Assembly: GCF_964204645.1 (NCBI RefSeq)
Contig: NC_134026.1
Coordinates: forward strand, 12,361,950-12,425,949
DNA from: Tubulanus polymorphus
Taxonomy: Eukaryota; Animalia; Nemertea
Reading direction: 5' to 3'
DNA: 64,000 nt
Position 1 is the stretch's first letter; the number at the start of each line of letters is the position of its first letter. Positions 1-11,190 of the stretch are shown here, one piece after another. The notes below the pieces were generated by a model. The model saw nothing but the letters and a program-made list of their open reading frames with translations, was not told the DNA's origin and searched no databases. A program made the translations under genes and the position numbers.

Positions 1-152
1 TGTAACATCGACTAACTTTTTTATTTCAAATTGTTTTTTTGCTGGTTTTATTCTGTTATTTATTGTTGCTAATAAATCTCTGGTCTGAACGCCTGATTTA
101 CCAATTACTAATGTCAAATGCAAATTAACCCCACTACTATGTTGGAGAGTTA

Positions 153-371
153 ATGGAGTACGCTGAAGATGATGAGCCTGTCGTTTTGTATTTTCGGAAA
201 AGTAAGAAAGTGCCTGGCCATTTCGTAAAACCAAGTGTTGAAGATGTATCATCTGTCAACAATGATGAAATTGTCATGTGTCATCCAAAACCATTATCAG
301 TTGGTGGTACGAAAAGGGCCTCGGGGATCCTAAAATTTCCTGTCGATTTGGCAAGTTATAATTGCCAATAG
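153..371 (+). pseudogene. Possible C-terminal fragment of a DNA transposon protein
   Basis: 72-aa ORF (HFVKPSVEDVSSVNNDEIVMCHPKP) resembles the F-x-x-P...D...I...P-x-P tail of some invertebrate DDE transposases; no catalytic motif visible. Confidence 0.25.
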
Positions 372-397
372 TTTAATTACTTATGTGCAAAAGGATT

Positions 398-1670
398 AGG
401 CCACACAAAGAAATACCAAAGGTTCTCAGATCTTTTTCTGGAGAGTAGCGAGGGCGAGCAAATCTTATTTTAAGCCCACTTGGGACCAACGGGCTATTGT
501 GTTCACTTTTCGTCCGTCGTCCGACCGTTCGTCCGTAGACGGAATCGAGTTATTTTGGGAAGTTTTGAAGACGCTTCAATGTTATGTCTTGATATTTGGG
601 TTGCACATGCATCTACCTTAGACACATCTACCGCCATAAAACTTGCCCCGTCAGAATCAAGATGGCCGACTGGCAGCCATTGTTGTTTGCCACATTTACA
701 CATTTTTTATCTTTTTTAGAGAAATTTTGAAGACGCTTTGATCAATTTTATCACCTTGATCTTTCGTATATATTTGAGTCCTCCAAAGGCCTATCAGCGT
801 AAGAAAAATTGGGTCGATTGGACTCAAGATGACCGTCCTATGACCTTTTTAGTTCCCAAAAAATGTCAATTTTGGCCGAATTCTGAGTCCTGTTGTTTCC
901 TACTGGTTTGCCATTTCTCATTGCAATTTGTAATGAGTATTCTTTGGAACGGGATGTTTTATACCCGAGACAGGTATTTCTTATCAACCAATTATGATGC
1001 AATTTGCGGCCATCTTGGTGTCATCAGTACTCATTCGTAGGTGAGAAAAAGTTTTTCCACATTATATTGATACCTAAGCATATTTCAATACTGCAATCAA
1101 TTGTCAATTAGCTCATAACGTATTCCACGATTATGGTGAGTTTCAAGGTCATTGGGTTTTGCATATGGTCACCAGGGTGCGTTGAATAGTAGAATTACTG
1201 TGTATTTTCATATTAAATTGGTAACGAGGCATATTTTGTTATCACAATCAATTATAAAATCGTAGCAGCTGCCATGTTCTATGATTGGCGTGAGTTTCAA
1301 GGTCATTGGTTTTTGTATATGGTCACCAGGGGGCGTTGAATAGTAGAATAACCTAGTATTTCCATATTAAATTGGTAACAAGGCATATATTATTATCACA
1401 ATCAATTATAAAATCGTAGCTGCTGACATGTACTATGATTGTGGCGAGTTTAAAGGTCTTCAAGGTTTTGGTTTTTGTATGTGGTCTCTAGGGGGCGTTG
1501 AATATTGAAGTTGTTAGATTGTTGAGCATTAGAAACCACTTCCCGAGAGTGGGCATGGAGCCCCTGGACCCCTAGTTGTTGCTTTTTTTAAATAAAAATT
1601 TTAAATAAAAAGCTTGACGCGGGCGGCATTTGACTTTCTTGAGAAACTAGGGTATTTCGTTGTGTGGCCT
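398..1670. mobile_element. Non-autonomous DNA transposon (MITE), family copy 1, with nested HINE
   Basis: TIRs: attaggccacacaaagaaatacc (395-417) and ggtatttcgttgtgtggcctaat (1651-1673). Both ends match a second copy at about 22148-23016 in the opposite orientation. Confidence 0.75.
468..1577 (+). mobile_element. Helentron-associated non-autonomous element (HINE/DINE-1-like) with internal ~154-bp tandem repeats
   Basis: T-rich start, 5' subterminal IR gcccact (474-480) with nearby gggct, (gtcc)n-like microsatellite at ~510-538, three ~154-bp units (gagtttcaaggtc-like at ~1138, ~1292, ~1446), 3' subTIR agtgggc, short GC-rich tail ending in TT. Confidence 0.7.
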
Positions 1671-1699
1671 AATGCCATAGGTTACCGCCAACAAATCCT

Positions 1700-2008
1700 T
1701 GCTTGCCAGGGTTTGATTGCCTCTGACCGAAGGTCACGGCAACACAAACTCTGGCTGCAAACCCTACATTGATCTAATAGATCACCACTCAATCTAAGAG
1801 ATTTTTGGGGGAGGGGTTCCCACTCAGGGCCCTCCAGCCCTCTAGCCATTCAAATGAAAGGTAATTGATCGAGCGAACCTTCCGGTAAAAACAACGCAAC
1901 TGACTTGATATACAGAATGGTGGACGCTACCTAACCGCCCCAAGAAATCTCTTAGACCAATGCAGGGTTTGCAGGCACGATTTGTGACTTCAATCAAACC
2001 CTGGCACG
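1700..2008. mobile_element. Foldback MITE
   Basis: tgccagggtttgattg (~1704) pairs with caatcaaaccctggca (1991-2006); tgcaaaccctacattgatctaa (~1756) pairs with ttagaccaatgcagggtttgca (~1951). Confidence 0.55.
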
Positions 2009-2026
2009 TGAAGGTACCACTGACCT

Positions 2027-2092
2027 TAAAATATGTTATGCAGCCGTGTTAATTGAATAACTTTAATTAACACAGCTGCATAACATATTTTA
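2027..2092. repeat. Near-perfect hairpin (28-bp arms)
   Basis: taaaatatgttatgcagccgtgttaatt - 10-nt loop - aattaacacagctgcataacatatttta, one mismatch. Confidence 0.8.
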
Positions 2093-2293
2093 CGTAATAA
2101 TAATAATATATTTTATCCACTGAATATTTAATATATCATTATACATTCAAAAAATGAAGTTAAATGAAATATTAGGGGAGAATATATTAGGGGGAATATA
2201 TAGGGGAGGCTTGAAGAAGCCAGTTAAGACTTATGTCAAACGTACAAGTCCCCCAATACGCAAAGAACCACACTCACCCTCACTCACACACAT

Positions 2294-2348
<55 letters not shown>
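2294..2348. repeat. (GCAC)n microsatellite in the LINE 3' UTR
   Basis: About 13 perfect GCAC units. Confidence 0.95.
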
Positions 2349-4464
2349 TAATAAAGTGATAGATGACAGAAACCATAATGATGAAAAACGACAAATATTA
2401 CAGACACTGAGTAATTGATTGATTAAATAATGTTTTAATTTGACCTTGAATGATAGGGTACTGGTAATATTTTTTAAATATTTAGGTAGATTATTCCAAA
2501 CTGTAGGACAAGATACTTTCACAGAGAATTTCACTATATTGGGTTTAAAATCTATCGATGCGAAATGAGTGGCTTAACTGTGGAAATTGGCACCTTTTTG
2601 AAAATAGGAATTAAAAGAACTAAGTAACTCTGAGTTGATGTAATTATGCATGAATAAGGATAACTGAAACTTGGTAATAGCTTTGAATTTGAGAATTTTG
2701 AGTCTTTTAAAGATAGGCTCGGTATGTTCAAGATGTTCGAGAGTGTAAATTGCTAATAATTCTAATGGCGCGCTTTTGCAATATGATCAACGGCTTAAGG
2801 ATAGTATCATATATGCTAGCCCAATGAGATTACAATATTGAAGGTATGGCTATAGTATAACAAAGCTATAGTACAGGGTAGACAACAATTTTGAGGGAAA
2901 TATCTTTTTCAATCGATCTAAAGTTCCAAGACTTCGGGTAACTTTGCTTAAAACATGTGTTATATGTACATCCCACTTTAATTTATCGTCTATATGAAGT
3001 CCTAAAAAAGTAGTACTATGAACTTGATGAAGGGATACGTTATTTAATTTCATAGACAGATTAAAGGATTGACACTACCAAAAACCATGTAATGACTTTT
3101 TTTCAAGTTGAGAGAGAGAGCTTATTGATTTGAAACCATTTAGATAGCTTGTCAAGTTCTTGATTGACTTTGAAAAATAGTCTATTTATGTCGGTGTTAC
3201 TTAAAAAACAGTTCGTGTCATCGGCAAAAAGTGTAAAATGTAATATGTTCGAAGCATTAACACCGTCATTAATATCTAAAATAAAAAGAAGGGGTCCTAA
3301 AATCGAACCGTGAGGAACGCCTACAAAGATATTCAAGGGATTAGAAAAGGTGTTGTTTGTTCTAACAATTTGACGCCGATTAGTCAAATAATCTTTAAAC
3401 AAGTTGAGGGCTATGCCTCGGACACTGTAGTGATATAATTTACCGATAAGAATATCATGATTGAGAGTGTCAGAAGCTTTTGACAAATCTAAGAATAGAC
3501 CAAGGGTAATCTTTTTATTTTCGAGATTATTTGATAAATCGTCAATAACCTCAGTTAGGGCCATAGCTGCAGACCGAAAACCAAATTGGTTGGGCACTAT
3601 AATTTCATGTTTGTCACAAAAGGATATCAACCTGGAATAAACGATCTTTTCCGAAATTTTTGAAAAACCTGGAAGGACCTAAATAGGGCGATAATTATTA
3701 AAAGAGGACTCTTCTCCGTTTTTAAATAAAGGGCACACTTAAGCTATTTTCAGGTCAGATGGAACGATACCGGTTTGTAAACTACAGTTTAATATATGGG
3801 ACAATGGGAGATTAACAATGTCAATGACCCGCTTGACAAGGTTGGTGCTAACGCCATCAAGACCCGTGCTCACTTTGGAGCGAAAACCCAATACAATATC
3901 ACTAATTTCCTTAGCTGAAGTATGAAAAAAGAAAAAATTATCGTTTACGTGATTTGTGAAACATAGATGATAATCCTCACTAGTGCCAGGAATTTGACTT
4001 GCTAGACTGTCACCAATACTTATAAAATATTCATTGAACTTATCTGCTATGTTTTGCTGCCAATAATGGTCTGGTTGTCAGAAATAAAAAGGTTAGGTAA
4101 TTTTGAGGACGAATTCCTCCCTAATACATTGTTAACTAATGTCCACGTATCTTTCATACCAGCGGCGCGTAATTTTTCAGAATAATATGATGTTTCGACA
4201 CTTCTTATAACTTGAATATTTTCATAAGATCTACATCTAGCATGAACTAGCTCAGAATTAGAGCGCAAAGATTTTTTATACAAACGATATTTTTTGTTGA
4301 TCGATCGAATTATACCGGGTGATATCCATGGTATATTGAACTCCGGAATCTTCGAATTGATGTCCATAAAAGGAAAAGAACTTTCACTACATTTTAAAAG
4401 GTCGATGTTGAATCACCAATTAGATAACAAAGTTTCTTTTCTCCGCTAAGTATATCTGACAAAA

Positions 4465-4771
4465 CAGTGGCGGATTTAGCCTACCGCACTTGCCGCTAAT
4501 GCGGTAGTCAACATTTTTCCTCTAACAACATTTTATTTATTTCATGGATGGACTTGACTTAGCTGATTCCTTGTAAAAAAGTTACCATTTTAAAACAGGA
4601 TTTTTCTCTTCCAAAACCCAGGAATTGTCATCTCAGCCCTTTAAATTTTTCAAAATTATCTGGGGGAGGACCCCCAAACCCCCAGTAGGCACGTGGTGCC
4701 TTCGGCACTCGTATGGCACATCTCGGTTGCCGAAATGCGGTAGTCATATTATGCCTCTGGATCCGCCACTG
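4465..4771. mobile_element. hAT-type MITE inserted in the LINE, 5-bp TSD
   Basis: TIR cagtggcggat / atccgccactg; caaaa at 4460-4464 and 4772-4776. Confidence 0.75.
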
Positions 4772-7249
4772 CAAAATATCAAGCTCATTTTGGAAAGTAA
4801 TTAACTTTTCACGTGGTGGGCGGTAAATTATACCAACGAATGCATTTGAGTTTTTTCCCTGATCACTATAAATAAAGATTCAAAATCAGAGGATAAATCA
4901 GACCGGGGTTTAAAATTAAACTCGTTCTTGATAAGAAGAGACACCACCTCCAGCGTCCATTTATACGAGATTGAAATATACTATTATAATCGATAAGACG
5001 ATACAAGGCAGAGTTATCGTGCATATCATTGGTCCATGTCTCAGTTAACCCAATGATTAATAAACTACCACTGACATATGACAAAAAATCAAAATCGTCG
5101 AAATTTTTATGAACACTTCGAACATTATGAGAGATTATTGTGAGTTGCCCGTGGTCCACGAGAAAATCATCTTTTACGTATAAACAATTGTTGTTTATAC
5201 TGGGTATATCAATAACGTTCTCCATGTAATGTACACTGATTAACACATGCTAAATTACATAAGTGAAAATAGACAATATTCATTAAATTTGAAAAAATAT
5301 TAAATCGACACACTCCTTCCTCACAAATGTGAGGAAAAATTAAGAATTCCCTGGCGATCGGGAGAAATATTTAAGTAACTCATATTACTTAACATTTGGT
5401 TTTTTTAAGCTTTCTTGGCTGATGGTGTCGTTGCCGTGAAAGATCTCACTTTGCGTTTATTGCTAGCACCCGGAGTTTTGAAAACTTCGGAATCAATGGA
5501 GCCGTCAATCGCGTCGTGGAAATGTTTGATCAGCGTGAATTTTTAATCTTGAGCATGCAGCAATGTCGTTTGCAGTATTTACTGCGGAGCTGTGATGATA
5601 GCGCCCTCGTTTTAGTAACATGTGGAGCTCACCAAAGTCAACGAAGCCGTTAATCTTTAGATAAAGGATATTATGTTAATAAAAAAAGATTTGTTAGAAA
5701 ATATTTGAATTAAAATTAATTATGCATACGCTCGGGATTATCTTGACGAAAAAATAAAACGTTTTTCCAATCTGCAGATGAATTTTAAACAATTCTCATT
5801 CGCATTGAAAACACCATACATGTCGACCAATATTGTGTAGTATAAAGTTGAATTCGGACTCTCCGCTGTGCCGTGGGTGACTCGCTACGATCTTGTTATT
5901 GATGTGTATGTATGCGTAGAAATTCGTTAAATCATGTATGTGTGTATATATATTGAAGAATGCTGAATTTTTAATGTATAGTATGTAAATAGGATTCCGT
6001 ACCGATTATCGTGTATAATACTCCGAAATCTAAAAGGAAAAAATATTAATTAGAAAAAAATTTAAAAACATGAACATTTTTAAAACAAATACATTATATT
6101 TAGTTAAAGCAGAAAAATATAAATTGAAATGACAGTGACCGATGAACTTTCAATCTCGGTCGTAAGGTGTTTTTACACCTAATGCACGGATATATCTTGA
6201 GGTAATTTCTTTTTTGACCTGCAATTTCTCGCTACAATCATGTAACAACTATTCAGTCCCCCACCTGACTCCAGTGGGTGCGATGAAGATGTAATGGAGC
6301 TTTCCATTGGAAAATAAAGATATAGAAAAAATGCCAATGCGTGGAAAACGTCCTATTGACCTCGGCGTCTTGTTTGCACTACTGCTTGACGTAAAGGTTT
6401 ATAATGAGACGGTCACGTTGTACGGAAGCGGCGATCCGCGCCCTCTCTCATACAGCTGCCTCGCCGATAGAATGATACTCCGAGGGAACGTTGACTGTCG
6501 CTTCTGTCCAGCTATCTGTCCAATAGATACCGCTCTCGCGTACATATTGTTCATGTCGGGCTGGTGCACCGTAGTGTAAAAATAGATAGGCAATTCTTTA
6601 GAAAGTCGAACTTGACAAACCCGACCACACAGAAATAATCTGTTTAGTTGTAAAATGTTATGAACTTTATCAGTTCATTTCTAAACTGCCGAGTCTGATA
6701 AAAATATCATTGATCATGGTTTTAAAAAAGTGTACAAGGTAGATATGTGGCCGGCTGTGTCAACTATTAAGCTCAACAATGAGTTGAAAGACAAGGTGTC
6801 AATTTTTTAGCCTTAGGTCTTGGCTTTGAATCCTGAAAATCGGGACAGAGTTTGTATGGAACTTAGAATACTTTCTCATCTCCCGATACAGCTAGATTTG
6901 ATTTCAGCTTCAGCAACAAGAATATGAATATGACATCTGAGATGCTTTTGATTTAACGAAACCTTATAAGTCATTAGGAGGCTTATAATTTATAATGATT
7001 GTATGTATGTATTTCATTTCAAAATCTATTAGGCCTACTTAAAATGAGTTACGTATTTACCTTCTTTTCCTGGTATAAACAACTGTTTTTCATATAAAAT
7101 CTAATTACCTTATACTTTCATAACATGCATTTCCTTTTATGTCAAGTATAAGCTGATAAAGCACCTTACAAGGTGAATATTAGGTGAATATGATTAACTC
7201 CTTCAATTCACTCACTTCTGCGCTGAATCTTACAGTGCCCATGGGCACC

Positions 7250-7600
7250 TTGTTTGCTCCTAAGACTGATATTTTCGTTTCTTTGTCCTGTACAGAAAAC
7301 TTAACTATACCAAGGTATGCTGGGTTACTTTTAAGACGGATAGCTTTTACCACTTTTGCTTCTCGGTTAAGCCCGATTTTGTTTACAAGGTTTTCACATT
7401 TTTGTCACGTTTTTATTCTCGGCGTAGTGGAGGTTTGTTACAACGAGAGTTACATCCGTGTTTACCAGAGGGTCGTGGGGTTGAAAACTATTTATCGTGC
7501 ACTGGAGCTCCATGCACAGGTTTTCGAGGTTTTTTTTATCACTCTTTGCTGTTTGTCCAATGCGACAGTTTTTTGGCCTCTATTTAGCTTGACTGATTTC
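7250..7600 (-). pseudogene. LINE ORF1-like fragment
   Basis: Minus strand reads DPLVNTDVTLVVTNLHYAENKNV / KCENLVNKIGL...VVKAIRLKSNPAYLGIVKFSVQDKETKISVL, similar to the RRM-like ORF1 region of CR1/L2 elements; frameshifted. Confidence 0.45.
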
Positions 7601-10600
7601 GAACTGTTTTCCTCATTTAAATATTCATTGTGAATTAAAATTGTGAATTGCCTGTGAATTAAAATCCACAGTCAGATCTTTCATGTGATCATCATGTTGC
7701 TCCACCTGTTTGCACAACTTGTGTGAGCCGTTGGAGTCTCTTTTTTGTTCAAATTGAAATCTTGCAATTAAGGAAATACAAAACTGCCAGATTTCTTTTC
7801 AGATAATTAGACATGCTGAATCTACTTAATCACCAGATTGTCAAGTATCCACTTTAGATCCAAATGTCGACGCCGTTCAGTGTTAAATACTGAGTTAAGT
7901 AAAAAAATTCACAAAATTTACAAATTGCGTGTAAGATGAGATTCTGATTTATTGCAAGACCAATGCATTGAAGACTATCAAAACACTGGCCTAATCGATT
8001 TGCATTAACCTTCATAATGACAGGAAATGATTTATTACAATTGAAAATGCCGTGCTGTGTTTCTCACGCTATTAATTTAAGCCGTCTCGTAAAATAATAC
8101 GGACTAAATTTAGAAAAAAAATAGCTTCAAAGCGGCAGTAACTACTTCGTTGCATCGTCTACATTCAAAATGAAGGGAATTACCGGTATATATGAGGAAA
8201 TGAGATGAAATATGATGTGTGCGATAAGTGGAAGTGAAAGGCTTAATTGGTGGAACCAAAAGCTAATCTACGCTATTTAGGATTTCAGAAGGTCATACAT
8301 TGTACAAAGGCAGCAATGCTATCTCAGTGTACATCTAATATTTCACTATGGGGATTCCGTTTATCAATGTACTGTAAACCACTCCCAATTGGAATAATTG
8401 GCGATTGTGATTGTGTGGGCATTCTTTACTCACAGTTGACCATGAACACCGTTGGCGTTCATAAACTTATTTTTGTAAACTTAAGTGTTTTTAAACATTT
8501 GTTTTGTGTTTACATTGTGGTTCTTACTTTTCCTTTCAATTAGCACCGATATGATAATAGTTTATGACGCTCATCATCAGTATTCGGTGGTTGCCGAGGA
8601 TTAGTCAATCGTTTACCTCCGCTGTCCAGTATCAATAAACGCTCAAATAGTTTAGTCATATAGTTCTGTATCAATCATAATCTTAATCCTGTCTATAAAT
8701 AATTTGTTAGGTCATCATTAGTTGATGAGGCGAAATGTAAAAACCCGACGCTTAACGGCTTAACGGCGGTTCATATTACTCGATAATTCGAGAGTGAATG
8801 AAAATGAATTTGTAGGGGACGGTGGGATGATAGAAAGTTAAATGGGCGTATTACTCTTAAAATCATGCTTCTAAATGAGTATGTGCGGATCGTGATAATG
8901 TTGGTAATACTGTATTCATTATTGTTTGCGTGTATGAAGTCTGATGTTGATTAATCTGTTTGAATTAAATAAATGAAAAATTTATATACACTGTATTTCT
9001 ACGGACGAAAGTGATACTCAACAATACCGTCAGCTGGCTACTCGCTAGGTGATCATCTCAAAATTTCTTGTTTGCTGCAATTAGAATAACTCGCGCAAGG
9101 GAATGGAGGGTTGAAGGCTCCCGCGAATTGATCACGACTGCCGAACTATCGATCGTAGCAATCGAACCCGCCCTCAAGTAGCACAGTTTAGATGCAAGCA
9201 TTTGACGAGAGCTCGAAACAATCGCAATTTAGGTATAGATAGTGCATGCAGATCTATTTGTCACTTTTTGAATGATTTGGGTATTTTAGATTTATTTTAT
9301 TTTGTTAATTAAGTCTATTAGCGTAATAGGTTTTCTCACATCGGTCTGTGGAACTCTGAAATTTTGTTTGAAGCTGAAAGCCAAGCAGTCAGAAACGGAT
9401 TATCGCATGACTGCCAGTAGGGTAGGTGGGTGGGGTGCCTCTCGATAACAAGATAATTTCCTTTTATTCGACGAGCAAATGGCTCTTTCCAAAAAATAGA
9501 CACTATCCATGAAATCAATCTCAATTCTGGCTATTTCTAATGTTAATGATAGTTCTTTCATTTTGAAAATCCCTCCGAAATAGGAGAGTATTTGTAATTA
9601 TAGAAGTATAGCGATTTTAGAAGTAGAATTTCCGTTTCCCTTATGGAATTCAGTGTATGGATAGGGACCTGTGTTCTGGCAAAATTTAAGGTTTAGCTTA
9701 TGAAGCCTTGAATAAAGGCATCTACTTACTTAGCGTGTAGAGAGGTTGTCAGGCCGAGGATTAAACTGAAAAGACTAATTTTTTTCAAAGGGGAAAGGCA
9801 GTCAAAAAATTATGATTGGCCATTCATTTCTACTCTTGCTGCTTTTTAGCATAATGCTAGTTGAAATTTCCAATTCTTCCTAATTAACTTGTATAGGCTA
9901 CAACGATTTTAATACTGTTATCAGCAGAATTTACGGCAGATGAGAGCCGCCATATATAAATTCCAAAGTGAGGCATGTAAACATTGATGACGTATCCCGG
10001 CCCATCACACACTCCGGTGTATACACAAATAGATACACTCCTTGAAGATCTCAGTTGAGAATTGTGATTAAAATACTCCTGCTGGGCTGCCAGTAGGGTC
10101 TTTACTTTTATTTATCCACTCACTGTGTGAAACATATCCAAATAATTGCTGATGAGGCATTATGCTGCATTTAAGAACTGTTATTGGACTTTAAGTGATG
10201 AAAACACTATGAACAGCAGCAGTAACACGTATCGAAGTGGGCCGAACTACGTCACAGCCGAGAGAAAAGCGTCTGCTACGTGGAGATAATGGCGGCGGCC
10301 AGGCACTCTACAAAACCCTCCTTTTTGGATAAAGATTTAGATGAAATGTTTGTCGGCTGTTTTGAAAATTTATTTATAAAGGTTTCTAACACGTCATATA
10401 GATATAAAAAATGTTTCACTGCAGTGCCCCTTTAACCCAAGTCTTTTAGTCGGAAAATGTGCGGAACTAAATAGAACAATACTGGTCGGGCCAATAACGC
10501 CCCAAACGCCCCGGTTCCACCGCCCATGTACTCTGAAATACTCAATGAAATTTGTATCCGAAACTCGTTTGATTAAGCTTGTACACGAAAGCTGTAAATA

Positions 10601-11044
10601 TCATCGATGACATATAAAGAGATTTATTATGGTATTCATTTTGTATTCTATTTTACATGAGTATTCGGGTATTTTTGATGTCATCGTTTCAATATAGGCA
10701 CAAGATAAATACCAATGGAGTTCTATTTAGTTTCAGATGTAATACCGTAAAAAAGAACATGATATTCGTGAATATGTTTTGACATTTGCCTTGTTTTTGT
10801 GTTTCACAATGAATAATCAATTCTAGCCTTTGAATCTTCATATTGCTTCATGCACGGATCGTGCATCTAGCCGGTGATTTAGGTCTATCTATCACTGGAG
10901 TACGTTTATCTAGAAAACAGAATAAAAGTTAAATGACGTTTGAGGTTAAAAATGGTTTCGTTTTTAGGCCAGCCGTATGCTGAGCCTATTACTATACAAA
11001 TGTAGCGAATTTAAATGACATGGTTTCCAGAGCAAAGGCTCTTT

Positions 11045-11190
11045 CATTCCACCTGATGCTGGCTGTTAGTCAACAGCCGAAACGTTGTGGTTTCGTAATA
11101 ATAAATTTGATAGTATAATTTCAAATTCGAAGTGTGGGATTTCTTCATTTATCTACAGTTTACACGGATTATAGTGTTTATTCGACAACT
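11045..11190 (+). mobile_element. 146-bp hammerhead-containing retroposed insert (Penelope pLTR/retrozyme-like)
   Basis: Flanked by an exact 11-bp direct repeat aaaggctcttt (11034-11044, 11191-11201); homologous along its length to 38555-38693. Confidence 0.75.
11049..11090 (+). ncRNA. Minimal type I hammerhead ribozyme, core-mutated copy
   Basis: Stem I CCAC/GTGG, core CTGATGC (C where A9 is expected), stem II GGCTGTT/AACAGCC, GAAAC-GTT palindromic stem III. Confidence 0.65.

Larger units (their letters stand above)
2095..5615 (-). mobile_element. Degenerate CR1/L2-type LINE (APE endonuclease + reverse transcriptase)
   Basis: APE motifs (SHNVRSV, IIGLTETW; 4866-5246); RT motifs (NQFGFR, FLDLSKA-DT, GVPHGSILGPLLF, FADDT; 3103-3630); FLGLHIDDKLKW (2850-3053); C-terminal VWNNLP...FKVKLK; many stops and frameshifts; (ATT)n-like tail near 2095. 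Confidence 0.9.

Noticed and set aside
2154-2418. ORFs with HART repeats
   Set aside because: They are translations of the (GCAC)n microsatellite.
7184-7633. 149-aa plus-strand gene
   Set aside because: It is antisense to an ORF1-like LINE remnant and has no recognisable motifs.
10149-10175. Further hammerheads at CTGANGA matches (also ~19946, ~22981, ~37766, ~45900)
   Set aside because: None has stem II plus GAAA plus stem I in the right arrangement.
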